A stretch of 64,000 nucleotides of DNA, from assembly GCA_964618705.1 (NCBI GenBank), contig CAZUBJ010000001.1, forward strand, positions 2,050-66,049, read 5' to 3'. The notes below the pieces were generated by a model that saw only the letters and a program-made list of their open reading frames with translations, searched no databases and was not told the DNA's origin. The translations under genes and the position numbers were made by a program. Positions 45,825 to 55,203 of this stretch are shown here, piece by piece; the stretch's first letter is position 1; each line of letters opens with the position of its first letter. Origin of the DNA: an uncultured Candidatus Saccharibacteria bacterium. GTDB lineage: Bacteria; Patescibacteriota; Minisyncoccia; Phycocordibacterales; Phycocordibacteraceae.

Positions 45825-48482
45825 ATGGCTACAGCAAAAAGGAAAGAAAGCTCACACGAGCAACATCAAGGCGCTGATTGGATATCAGTGAAGGGTGCTC
45901 GTACCCACAACCTGAAGAATGTCTCGGTAGAGATTCCCCGTGGCGTGATGACCGTGCTCACGGGACTCTCTGGTTCGGGAAAGTCCTCGCTCGCTTTTGA
46001 TACGATTTTTGCCGAGGGACAGCGCCGCTACGTGGAGTCCCTTTCTGCATACGCGCGTCAGTTCTTGAATCAGATGCAGAAGCCAGATGTAGACGAGATT
46101 ACCGGACTCTCTCCTGCAATTTCCATCGACCAGAAGAGTCGCTCCAACAACCCACGCTCAACGGTGGCAACCGTCACCGAGATATATGACTATCTGCGCG
46201 TCTTGTATGCACGTGCAGGTCAGCCGTACTGTATTCACCACGATGTACCCATCTCTCGCCTCTCAAAGGAGGAAATGATTCGTATGGTGTGGGAGCGTGT
46301 GCTCGCAAAGACCACTCAGCCTTCTAAGAAGAAGGGAGAGACAGAGACGGTTATGGGAATTGAGTTTGATAGAACACAGGTTGTTATACATGCGCCGGTA
46401 GTGGTTGGAAGAAAGGGTGAGTACTATCAGCTGCTCTACGACCTCCTCAGTAAAGGATACGAGAAGGTTTTGGTAGACGGGAAGCCGCACTCGCTGCGCG
46501 AGAAGCTCGTACTCGACCGTAACAAGCGTCACGATATTGATGCGGTGGTGGATTCCATCTTCGTTAGCGAGTTCGTGCGTACGCCAGAGCAGGCGCGTGA
46601 GCGCTTGAGCGAGGCGCTAGAGCTTGCACTCAAGGAAAGCGATGGGCTCGTAAAGATTCTCCATGCTGACGGAACATTTGAGACGCTCTCAGCAAAGTTT
46701 ATTTGTCCTGAGGACGGCACGTCGTTCCCTGAGGTGGAGCCACGCCTATTCTCTTTCAACAGTCCGTACGGGGCGTGTGTAGCGTGTAATGGGCTTGGTA
46801 CCAAGTCGCTGTTTTCAGACGAAGTATGTCCGGTATGTGAGGGCAAGCGTCTAAAACCAGAAGCGCTACGCGTGTACATCAAGCAAAAGAAGAGTAAGGA
46901 CCTCGGTATCAACGTGGTTGATTTCACCAACTTCTCTATTAAGGAGGCGAAGGAGTTCATGGACACTATTGAGTTGTCCGAAATGCGCATGGAAATTGCA
47001 GCGCCAATCATTCGTGAAATCACGAGCCGTCTGGAATTCATGCTGAATGTCGGTTTGGATTACCTGACACTCAATCGTTCTGCTGCAACGCTCTCGGGTG
47101 GAGAAGCACAGCGCATCCGCTTGGCTTCTCAGCTTGGTACGGGCCTTGTAGGCGCGCTCTATGTGCTCGACGAGCCTACCATTGGTCTACACCAGCGCGA
47201 CAACGACCGCCTGATTAATACGCTACTGACACTCAAGAAGCTCGGCAACACGATTCTCGTAGTTGAGCACGACGAAGACACCATCTACGCCGCTGACTAC
47301 ATTGTGGACATTGGTCCTGGAGCAGGAACCCACGGAGGTAACGTGGTGGTCTCTGGCTGGCTCGACGAGCTTCTAACTGCGCCAAAGAATGACTCCGGAT
47401 CGAAGACGCTTTCGTACCTGCGTGGAGAGACAGAGATTGAAGTACCTGAGGATCGCCGCACAGGAGAGAAGGGTTCTATCAAGATTAAGGGAGCTACGCT
47501 CCACAACTTGAAGAATCAGAACGTAGATATTCCGCTTGGAAAGCTCGTGTGTATCACCGGCGTGTCTGGCTCGGGCAAGTCTACGTTCCTCTACGACATT
47601 CTGCACAAGAACGTAGCGGCGCGTTTTGCAAAGCGCGAGGCAAAGCTTGAACACGTAGCAAGCATGACGGGTACGGAGTACGTGGGTCGCGTAGTGCTTA
47701 TTGATCAGTCACCGATTGGTCGCACGCCACGCTCAAACCCTGCCACCTACACGGGAGCATTCACGCATATTCGTGACTTGTTTGCAGCAACAAGCGAGGC
47801 TCGTGCACGCGGGTGGAAGCCAGGGCGATTCTCATTCAACGTTGCGGGCGGTCGCTGTGAGACCTGTCAGGGTAACGGCATGATTGCCGTAGAGATGCAT
47901 TTCCTACCAACCGTGTATGTGACCTGTGACGTCTGTAACGGTAAGCGCTTTATGCGTGAGACTCTTGAAGTCACGTTCCGTGGCAAGAATATCCACGACG
48001 TGTTGCAGATGACGGTAGAAGAGGCGGCAACTTTCTTTGAGGATATTCCTGCCATTCACGACCGTTTGGACTCACTAAAGCGGACCGGTCTTGAGTATCT
48101 GACCCTTGGTCAATCAGCTACGACTCTCTCGGGTGGAGAAGCACAGCGTGTGAAGATTGCATCCGAACTCTATCGCCCTATTACTATGAAGACGCTGTAT
48201 CTGCTCGATGAGCCAACGGTGGGTCTTCACTATGAGGATGTGCGCAAGCTGCTCGAGATTCTGCAGGAGCTCGTGCGCCGCAGCAACACGGTGGTGGTTA
48301 TTGAGCACAATCTAGACATCATCAAGTCCGCCGACCATTTGATTGATTTTGGTCCTGAGGGAGGTGTCGGTGGCGGCAAGGTGGTAGCAAAGGGAACACC
48401 TGAGGAAGTCGCGGAGGTAGAGGGCTCACACACCGGCCATTACCTGGCAAAGATGCTGAAGAAGGCGAAGAAGAGAAAGTAA
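45825..48482 (+). CDS. uvrA: Excinuclease ABC subunit A
   Basis: Two ABC modules ([19 protein letters not shown]; LSGGE signatures) and Zn-finger Cys clusters (CPEDG...C, CETCQGNG...CDVCNG) are present. Confidence 0.9.
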   Translation: MATAKRKESSHEQHQGADWISVKGARTHNLKNVSVEIPRGVMTVLTGLSGSGKSSLAFDTIFAEGQRRYVESLSAYARQFLNQMQKPDVDEITGLSPAISIDQKSRSNNPRSTVATVTEIYDYLRVLYARAGQPYCIHHDVPISRLSKEEMIRMVWERVLAKTTQPSKKKGETETVMGIEFDRTQVVIHAPVVVGRKGEYYQLLYDLLSKGYEKVLVDGKPHSLREKLVLDRNKRHDIDAVVDSIFVSEFVRTPEQARERLSEALELALKESDGLVKILHADGTFETLSAKFICPEDGTSFPEVEPRLFSFNSPYGACVACNGLGTKSLFSDEVCPVCEGKRLKPEALRVYIKQKKSKDLGINVVDFTNFSIKEAKEFMDTIELSEMRMEIAAPIIREITSRLEFMLNVGLDYLTLNRSAATLSGGEAQRIRLASQLGTGLVGALYVLDEPTIGLHQRDNDRLINTLLTLKKLGNTILVVEHDEDTIYAADYIVDIGPGAGTHGGNVVVSGWLDELLTAPKNDSGSKTLSYLRGETEIEVPEDRRTGEKGSIKIKGATLHNLKNQNVDIPLGKLVCITGVSGSGKSTFLYDILHKNVAARFAKREAKLEHVASMTGTEYVGRVVLIDQSPIGRTPRSNPATYTGAFTHIRDLFAATSEARARGWKPGRFSFNVAGGRCETCQGNGMIAVEMHFLPTVYVTCDVCNGKRFMRETLEVTFRGKNIHDVLQMTVEEAATFFEDIPAIHDRLDSLKRTGLEYLTLGQSATTLSGGEAQRVKIASELYRPITMKTLYLLDEPTVGLHYEDVRKLLEILQELVRRSNTVVVIEHNLDIIKSADHLIDFGPEGGVGGGKVVAKGTPEEVAEVEGSHTGHYLAKMLKKAKKRK

Positions 48483-48545
48483 ACAAAAACCGCGAGGAGG
48501 AATGAATCCTCTCTCGCGGCCGCCCATTAGGGCTTGTTGATGTTG

Positions 48546-49049
48546 CTAGTCCGCGTTGCGGACAGCGACGATGACCCAGCAGATGAGGGCCAGAATGCCG
48601 CTCACCGACGCCCACCAGAAGAACAGGCCGTTGAAGGGGAAGACGCTGATGCCGTCCGGGGCGGTCAGGCTGTCGCCCGACTCCCCGTTATCGAGCAGGG
48701 TCTCCCGCAGCTTCATCAGCACATTGCTCTTCTCGAGCTGGCTGGCGTCCGGCTTTACGGACTTCAGCTCCTCCAGGGAGGCGCTGACGTTCTCGTACCA
48801 GAAGCCGACGTCGTTCTTGGGGCTGGGCCACAGGGCGCCGGTGTTGCCGGAGGTCATGGAGTTGGACTCCATGTAGGCGACGGCGACTTTCAGGTTCTGC
48901 TCGGCCAGTTCGATGGTGTTCGAGTTGGCGGCACGTTCCAGGTAGTTGCCGCAGCGCAGGTCGAACATGACCTTGCTGTAGGTAGCGCACCCGCCCCAGA
49001 CCAGAAAGACGATCGAGGACAGGATGGCGACGAGAGTCGAAGCACGCAT
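48546..49049 (-). CDS. Hypothetical membrane protein (N- and C-terminal hydrophobic segments) in a GC-rich islet
   Basis: The ORF is 167 aa at about 61% GC. Confidence 0.4.
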   Translation of the reverse strand: MRASTLVAILSSIVFLVWGGCATYSKVMFDLRCGNYLERAANSNTIELAEQNLKVAVAYMESNSMTSGNTGALWPSPKNDVGFWYENVSASLEELKSVKPDASQLEKSNVLMKLRETLLDNGESGDSLTAPDGISVFPFNGLFFWWASVSGILALICWVIVAVRNAD

Positions 49050-49202
49050 AAGATTTTAACCGGTTTCCCGGCTCCCTCACGAAATCGGTCGGTCCGATTC
49101 CTCTGCACATACTATAGAGTACTTATTGGTATTTGTCAAACATTGCTACCTAGATGGTACAGTTAAGTTTTAGAGAGTCACCCATTTACGAAAGGATGCG
49201 GG

Positions 49203-49487
49203 ATGACCCACGTTGCTCTTGATTGCCTGCAAATTGTCGGCCAGTTCAGCGAAGAGGATATCTTCACCACCGTCAGGAAGCACCTCTCCCAGTTTCCTGA
49301 CTTCCGTCCCGACTTCTCCGATGAAGACTTGTTCGCGTTCGCGTACGCCAAGGGACATGCTGTCTCTATGAATGCGCAGATGACGCGGGCTCGGACGAAC
49401 GGGGACTACGGACGCTGGACGAACGACAAGGTGCTGCCGTGTTATATGGGCAGCTGGTTCAACGAGGCGCGCAGATGCGCCGAGTAA
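49203..49487 (+). CDS. Hypothetical small protein (94 aa) in a GC-rich islet
   Basis: A hairpin follows at 49499-49520 (CGGGTCCGC-TTTT-GCGGACCCG). Confidence 0.35.
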   Translation: MTHVALDCLQIVGQFSEEDIFTTVRKHLSQFPDFRPDFSDEDLFAFAYAKGHAVSMNAQMTRARTNGDYGRWTNDKVLPCYMGSWFNEARRCAE

Positions 49488-49628
49488 GACCAGGGCTACG
49501 GGTCCGCTTTTGCGGACCCGGCTCATTTCTTGACCAGGCAAGTCAAAAGGCCCATACTCCCGCCAGTTGAGATCACACCCGTGACCACTGCGTTCTTTGT
49601 GGTTGCCATCAATTGGAAGGAGATAGGT

Positions 49629-50213
49629 ATGTTAGACCGACCCACACGCCCTCCGACAATGAGGGCTCTCGCCAAACAGGCGACCCGCGCCAAGGTTCTC
49701 GCCGCCGCCCGCGAGACGATCACCAATTGCGGGTACGAGGATACGACTATTCGCGACATCGCGAAGCTGGCCGGCATGTCGACCGGCGCCGTGTTCTCCA
49801 GTTTCGACAGCAAGGAAGAGCTGTTGATCGCCGTGCTTGAAGCGGAGCACGAGGAAGAAAAAGCGTTCATGAAGGACGTTGCGTTTTCCAACAACGACCC
49901 GGTGCAACGCATCGGGTCCATGCTCGCGGCCAACTACAGCTTCTGGCAGCAAAAGCTGAATCTGCTCAGCTGCAGGCTCAGTCTCGCGAGGAGCAATGAT
50001 GCCTTCGGAGAGTTCACCGACAAGGTCGACTGCGCTCTCACCAACGCCATTTGCGCCGTTCTTCTGGAGCACGGCGTCGTGGAGGCGGAACTGAAGGCTC
50101 AGGTGCTGCTGGCCGTGCACCTGCGCAACCTGCAGGTCCAAACCGGCTTCCCTTGGCACGTTGATCCGAAGATGCCCATCGGCCAGTCCGTAAACCTCGT
50201 TCTCCAGTCGTAG
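49629..50213 (+). CDS. TetR/AcrR family transcriptional regulator
   Basis: The N-terminal HTH is TTIRDIAKLAGMSTGAVFSSF. I chose the start at ATG 49629 with a GGAAGGAGA SD 5 nt upstream. Confidence 0.7.
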   Translation: MLDRPTRPPTMRALAKQATRAKVLAAARETITNCGYEDTTIRDIAKLAGMSTGAVFSSFDSKEELLIAVLEAEHEEEKAFMKDVAFSNNDPVQRIGSMLAANYSFWQQKLNLLSCRLSLARSNDAFGEFTDKVDCALTNAICAVLLEHGVVEAELKAQVLLAVHLRNLQVQTGFPWHVDPKMPIGQSVNLVLQS

Positions 50214-50303
50214 GTGACCGGCTTGAGACAATGGAGGAAACCCCGCGCTAGCGAGAGCTAGCGCGGGGAATTCATTTACAAACAGCTGTGAATAGAACGA
50301 CTT

Positions 50304-50330
50304 CCGGGTCCGCACAGAGTGCGGACCCGG
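50304..50330. terminator. Hairpin (CCGGGTCCGCAC-AGA-GTGCGGACCCGG) sharing its core with the hairpin at 49499-49520
   Basis: A 12-bp stem lies downstream of both the TetR gene (plus) and the 50340-50742 gene (minus). Confidence 0.5.
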
Positions 50331-50339
50331 TTAGATTGC

Positions 50340-50742
50340 TCAGGACGCGACGAGTCCGGCGATGCTCTGGATGGATTCAGCAGCGAAGTTCCTATTGCCT
50401 GCTGAGTACTCCCAGGAGACTTTTGCCCCAGATCGGTCAAAGGCGTAGGCGGGTGCCTTCCAGAGGAACTGACAGGAGAGGGCTTGCGCCACTTCTTCGT
50501 CGGTGAATGGTTCAATTACGGCGAGAACCTGGGCGACTGCAGGATCTGCATGTTTCTGTGCACGGTCGCACAGGTCGATAACAGGACCATCGTGACTCCC
50601 AATCCAGGCCTTCATCGTGAACGTTCTGGTCGACTCATCAAGGTCTAGGCGGATCTTTCCGAGAACACGGAATCCGCCCACCTCCTCAAAGAAGGGGTTG
50701 AGAACTTTTGCGACTTCTTCGTCTTTTTGTGATGGGAACATC
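50340..50742 (-). CDS. Hypothetical protein (133 aa; possibly SnoaL/NTF2-like) adjacent to TetR
   Basis: It starts at ATG 50742 with a GGGAGA SD 6 nt upstream. The region is GC-rich. Confidence 0.4.
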
Positions 50743-50839
50743 ACAATCTCCCTATATGGCTGACAGGTAGTCTGACTGCGATGGTACAGGAGCGGAAAGC
50801 CAATAGCAATCAAATTGAAAAGCAGTAGTATACAAATAC

Positions 50840-52093
50840 ATGGAACGCGCAGCACTAGAGAAGTTTGATTTACCCGACTGCCCGGGTGTGTACTTCTTTA
50901 CGCTCGGTAAGGGTGCGAATAAGAAGGTGCTGTATGTAGGTAAGGCAACCAGCCTGCGTGATCGCGTGCGCTCGTATTTCGATGCAGAGCTTATCGCCAC
51001 TCGCGGTCCGCGCATTGTAGATATGGTGACTGCTGCGGACGGTATTGATTACGAGACCACACCTACAGTGCTTGAGGCTCTCGTGCGCGAGGCTGCGCTT
51101 ATCCGCAAGCACGAGCCCAAAGCAAACGCGATGGGCAAGGATGACAAGACATTCTTGTATGCAGTGATTACGGACGAGGAAATCCCCCGCGTACTAGCAG
51201 TGCGTGGTGGAGAAATAGACTTTACGAAGAAAGTCACCAATGGAGTGAAGCTGAAGGCAATCCACGGCCCGTTTCCGTCGGGCTACCAGCTGCGCCAGGG
51301 GCTAAAGCTAATACGTAAGATTTTCCCTTTCTTTGATACTCCACGCCCGGTAGGCGAGGGCAACAAGCACACGCGCGGAAAGGTAGAGTTCAATCGCCAG
51401 ATTGGGCTCTATCCGCGCGACATGAATAGTTCGTCCTACGGACGCTCTATTCGGAACGTATCGCTCTTTCTTGCAGGAAGAGTAAAGACGCTGCGCGCCA
51501 CGCTCACCCGCGACATGAAGGAAGCTGCAAAAGAGGAGCGATTTGAGGACGCTGCCATTATCCGTAAGCAGCTATTTGCTCTAGACCACATTCAGGATGT
51601 GTCGCTCATTCGTGACGAACGCGAGGGCTCAGAGACCGGTCCACGTATAGAGGCGTACGACACGGCACATATTTCAGGAATGAATGCCATTGGCGTGATG
51701 GTGGTGGTAGAGGACGGATTGGCACAGAAGAAGGAGTATCGAATGTTTCGTATTCGTGAGCAGGGTGCAAAATCATTGAATGACGATATTGCTTCGTTGA
51801 AGCAAATTTTGACTCGTCGTTTGGGACACAATGAGTGGCCGCTTCCAAAAGCGTTTGTGGTGGACGGTGGCAAGACGCACAAGAAGGCCGCAGAGGAAGT
51901 GCTGGCGAGCGTAGGAGTAGGAATCCCTGTGGTGGCAGTGGTAAAGGACGAAAAGCACCGTCCTCGAGAGGTGCTCGGGTCCCTTCGGGCGGGGATTACT
52001 GACGCAGACGCAGTGCTTGCCAACAGCGAGGCGCACCGATTCTCCCTGGCCGCTCACCGAAAGGCTCGTAGCCGCGCCATGCGCGGAGCTTGA
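50840..52093 (+). CDS. uvrC: Excinuclease ABC subunit C, short form lacking the C-terminal (HhH)2 domain
   Basis: The GIY-YIG N-terminus is GVYFF...VLYVGKA. The UvrB-interaction motif (FEDAAIIRKQL) and the RNase H-like endonuclease domain (YDTAHISGMNAIGVMVV) are present. At 417 aa it is shorter than the usual ~600 aa. Confidence 0.75.
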   Translation: MERAALEKFDLPDCPGVYFFTLGKGANKKVLYVGKATSLRDRVRSYFDAELIATRGPRIVDMVTAADGIDYETTPTVLEALVREAALIRKHEPKANAMGKDDKTFLYAVITDEEIPRVLAVRGGEIDFTKKVTNGVKLKAIHGPFPSGYQLRQGLKLIRKIFPFFDTPRPVGEGNKHTRGKVEFNRQIGLYPRDMNSSSYGRSIRNVSLFLAGRVKTLRATLTRDMKEAAKEERFEDAAIIRKQLFALDHIQDVSLIRDEREGSETGPRIEAYDTAHISGMNAIGVMVVVEDGLAQKKEYRMFRIREQGAKSLNDDIASLKQILTRRLGHNEWPLPKAFVVDGGKTHKKAAEEVLASVGVGIPVVAVVKDEKHRPREVLGSLRAGITDADAVLANSEAHRFSLAAHRKARSRAMRGA

Positions 52094-52541
52094 TATTTTC
52101 CATAATGGGTGTAGATTTGCACTTACGCCCGGCTGCGGAGAAATCCGGTAAGCTTGGCGTCGCTCGCGGGCCTCGACATGAGAAGAGGCTCGCCGCTGCC
52201 CAGAACGGGTTTGCACACGTATCAACCGAGGAAAACCTACGCTCACTTGTGGGTATAGGGGGAAGCAGGAGGTTGCGTGGTCAATAAGGATAACTAAGAC
52301 GCCACTCCTCGCAACGTCGAGGAAGGGTGGAGGAAACCACGGAAGGGAGGAAGCGAATGCACAAACAAACTGCGTAGTGCGTGAGAGTGCTCTTGCTCGA
52401 GCAGGGACAGTCTCACGCGCTCCGCGAAATGACTTCTGGCGTCATATGCCAATGAAGTTGTGTTCTTCAATACAAACGGTTACCGACAGGGGCCCGCGCA
52501 ACGCGCACATGGCCCGAGGAACGTAGGGACCGAAGAAGAAC

Positions 52542-52566
52542 AGGCCGGACTTAAAAACTCCGGCCT
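52542..52566 (+). terminator. Hairpin plus T-rich tail (AGGCCGGA-N10-TCCGGCCT TTCGCATTTCC) immediately upstream of ddl
   Basis: An 8-bp GC stem lies 32 nt before the ddl ATG, at the end of a ~500-nt non-coding region. Confidence 0.4.
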
Positions 52567-52597
52567 TTCGCATTTCCATACTGGTATACTCACTACT

Positions 52598-53563
52598 ATG
52601 AAAGGCACGGTAGTTGCAGTTCTTCGGGGCGGTCCTTCACGCGAACATGACGTGTCGCTGAAGTCGGGCCACACTATTCTCACCCACCTTCCTCGTGAGC
52701 AGTTCATGCCGCGCGACATTTACATAGATAGACAGGGGATTTGGCACGAGCGCGGTATACCTACCACGCCAGAGCGCGTGCTACGAGGCACTGACGTGGT
52801 CCTTCTTGGGCTCCATGGGGAATATGGCGAGGATGGCGAGGTGCAGAAGCTGCTGGAGAAGTTTGGTGTGCCGTATGCAGGTACCAAATCTTTTGAGTCT
52901 TATGTTGCCATGCACAAGATGCTGTCTAAACAGAAGGCGATACATGCAGGATTGCTCACGCCAAAGTTTGCATATGTTGAAGAGTCGTCTGACATTGCGC
53001 AGGTAGCGCGCGAAGTGAATCGCACCTTCTTGCAGCCGGTCATTGTAAAGCCGGTGAAGTGGGGCTCGTCTGTGGGCGTGTCGTTTGTACATGGCTATGC
53101 GCCCCTTGAGGCTGCCGTACGCAAGCTTATGGAGGAAGGAGCAGGTGGAGTGCTTATCGAGGAGGTGATTCGCGGAACTGAGGCCACGGTGGGAGTCGTG
53201 GAGGGACTGCGGGGTGAGGCACTCTATGGCCTGCCGCCTGTAGAGATCATTCCGCCCGAGAAGGACTTCTTTTCGTACGACGCAAAGTACTCGGGAAGCT
53301 CTCGTGAGATATGCCCAGCGCGATTGCCTCGCAACATTACCGACGAGCTTATTCGCCACGCAAAGACCATGCATGGGGAATTGGGACTTCGCCACTACTC
53401 CCGTTCTGATTTCATTGTTTCTCCAAAGGGTATTTACTACCTGGAAACAAACACTCTGCCAGGGCTTACGCAGGAGTCCCTGTTCCCGAAGTCTTTGGCT
53501 TCAGTGGGGGTCACCTTGCCCGACTTTTTCACCCACCTTGCGGGTCTAGCGCTCACCAAATAG
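52598..53563 (+). CDS. ddl: D-alanine--D-alanine ligase
   Basis: The ATP-grasp domain has HGEYGEDGEVQKLLE and GSSVGV, plus the C-terminal ETNTLPGL. I chose the start at ATG 52598. Confidence 0.85.
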   Translation: MKGTVVAVLRGGPSREHDVSLKSGHTILTHLPREQFMPRDIYIDRQGIWHERGIPTTPERVLRGTDVVLLGLHGEYGEDGEVQKLLEKFGVPYAGTKSFESYVAMHKMLSKQKAIHAGLLTPKFAYVEESSDIAQVAREVNRTFLQPVIVKPVKWGSSVGVSFVHGYAPLEAAVRKLMEEGAGGVLIEEVIRGTEATVGVVEGLRGEALYGLPPVEIIPPEKDFFSYDAKYSGSSREICPARLPRNITDELIRHAKTMHGELGLRHYSRSDFIVSPKGIYYLETNTLPGLTQESLFPKSLASVGVTLPDFFTHLAGLALTK

Positions 53564-53616
53564 GGTGTGGTATAGTCTTTCCTGTTAGGCCCTTGTGGTC
53601 TGGCACCCATAACTAT

Positions 53617-53689
53617 GGGCCGTTAGCTCAGTTGGTAGAGCATCTCATTTTCAATGAGAGGGTCGCAGGTTCGAATCCTGTACGGTCCA
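53617..53689 (+). tRNA. tRNA with anticodon TTC (Glu by anticodon)
   Basis: It folds as acceptor GGGCCGT/ACGGTCC, D-arm GCTCAGTTGGTAGAGC, anticodon arm TCTCA-TTTTCAA-TGAGA, T-arm GCAGG-TTCGAAT-CCTGT and discriminator A. The isotype is inferred from the anticodon only. Confidence 0.7.
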
Positions 53690-53819
53690 CACCATAAAGT
53701 TCGAACATGTCACGGCGGCCTTTTGGTCGCTTTTGACGGTTTTTGAGCGCAGGATCAGCAGCAGGGAGTTGTCCAGGCGGTGTCCGCTCGTACGGTGTTA
53801 GTAGTGATACAGTATTGGT

Positions 53820-54239
53820 GTGAATCCATTCGAGCGACCAACACAACCTAAACCTTCCAACAGCGCAGAGGTCGCCCTTCAAGGCGTTGCAAGCCAGCAC
53901 GATTCCCTCGCGCGTGAGCACGCGTATCAAGCGCAATATGAAAGTGAGATTCTCCCGCTTCTGCGCGACGCTGAGAGGCTTCAGATCAATTTGGGGGTGG
54001 CTGAGCAGAAGCTTCGCGGCGCAGAGCTCAAGAGCCCAAATCAACCGGAAATACTTGCGCTTCAGAAGCAACTCCGCGCTCTACGGGGAGAACCCGAGCT
54101 AGACACTGTTCCTGGCAACGATAGTGCACTCACTGCTGCTCAATTGGAGTACGACACGGCCAAGACCGCACTGGAGGCTACGAGGAACGAGATAGCCGAG
54201 CGAACTGCTGAGCTACGTCGCGCCCACGGGCTCAGTTAG
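53820..54239 (+). CDS. Hypothetical coiled-coil protein (139 aa)
   Basis: The ORF lies downstream of the tRNA at about 55% GC. I recognise no family. Confidence 0.3.
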   Translation: MNPFERPTQPKPSNSAEVALQGVASQHDSLAREHAYQAQYESEILPLLRDAERLQINLGVAEQKLRGAELKSPNQPEILALQKQLRALRGEPELDTVPGNDSALTAAQLEYDTAKTALEATRNEIAERTAELRRAHGLS

Positions 54240-54559
54240 ATGTCTTTCTCGTGCTGCTGCTTCATCCTTGTCAACTCAGAGGCCCTTGCAATTCCGACCT
54301 AACTTGCGAGAATTGAAGAAGAACGACTGACCTTGAGATTTCTCCCGAGGCCAGACGTTCGCAGGTCTTTGCGCTCCAAATGTCAGTCGACTTTCGGCAC
54401 CGGTGCCGAGCGTGCTCGGCAGTCTGACGATGCGCCCAAATGCGACTAAACAGAACTACGAGCTTGTCCATGTGGACAATTCTCCTTGGTCGGCAGCCTC
54501 CCCTTAGGTTGGTACCCTCGGAGACTTAGTCTCCGGTTGGTGGGGTTGCTGATTAGGAT

Positions 54560-54593
54560 GGGCCTCCGCTTTCGAGCGGGGGCCCAGTTTTTT
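54560..54593 (+). terminator. Strong rho-independent terminator (GGGCCTCCGCT-TTCG-AGCGGGGGCCC plus AGTTTTTTG)
   Basis: An 11-bp stem is followed by a T6 tract. There is no confident CDS upstream between 54240 and 54560. Confidence 0.6.
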
Positions 54594-54982
54594 GTGCCGC
54601 CCGATTCGAAAAGGAGGGGTGGTGGACTGCAGCTGGCCTCACTGTCTTTCACTTAGGCGTTCCACGCTTCTCACGCTCCTCTCGGATGGCGATGCGCAGC
54701 AAGACTCGTACAAATTCATACAGTCGTTCGCGCGCCTCGACACGCTCAACAAGTGTGGCGTCAGGCATGTATTTGTAGATGAGGTGGGCTCCTGGTGGGC
54801 AAATGCACTTTGGTGTTGTTGTCATACCGCCGCAGTATGCAGAATTGCCTACCAGGCCGCTAGTCGGTCATCAGTGTCTTCATACTTCAGACTCTGTTCT
54901 ATCGAGGACAAAAGGGACTTCATGTCTGGACTTTGGGGAGGTCGAACCTGGGCCCGAGCTGGTCCACAAACGACATTTGAAA

Positions 54983-55007
54983 GCCCCGAAAGGGGCTTTT
55001 GTCGTTT
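54983..55007 (+). terminator. Hairpin terminator (GCCCCGAAAGGGGC plus TTTTGTCGTTT) nested inside a longer palindrome (AAACGACA...TGTCGTTT)
   Basis: A perfect GNRA-type hairpin (GAAA loop) with a T-tract sits in a non-coding stretch. Confidence 0.5.
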
Positions 55008-55160
55008 GCGGGCCGTAGCAGAGTGTCTGCACACTCTGCGGCAGGATTCGAAAGTGGTTGAGTATGTCGCAACGAGTTCGAAGCTTTGTGAGAACGACGT
55101 GAGACACGAGACCCACACCGTTCCTGTAAGGAAAGGATCCTGTACGGTCGAAATTCAAAA

Positions 55161-55185
55161 AGGCCCGGACATTCATCCGGGCCTT
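55161..55185 (-). terminator. Rho-independent terminator for the ECF sigma gene (AGGCCCGGA-N7-TCCGGGCCT plus a TTTTTGAATTT tail on the minus strand)
   Basis: A 9-bp stem lies 19 nt downstream of the sigma stop on the minus strand. Confidence 0.6.
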
Positions 55186-55203
55186 GCGCATGTGCGCGAG
55201 TGA

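Noticed and set aside
54592-55203. A 203-aa plus-strand ORF, and other track ORFs, in the 54.2-55.2 kb region
   Set aside because: The translation is Cys/Trp/Arg-rich with no motifs. The ORF overlaps several strong hairpin terminators, and there is no RBS. I treated the region as non-coding (see finding).
53690-55203. Possible tmRNA (ssrA) or RNase P RNA in the hairpin-rich region after tRNA-Glu
   Set aside because: I could not find the tmRNA 5' GGGG...GATTCGAC, a tag ORF ending in LAA-stop, or a 3' T-arm plus CCACCA. The RNase P P4 motifs (AGGAAAGUCCGGGC and ACAGAACCCGGCUUA) are also absent on both strands. A covariance-model search is needed.
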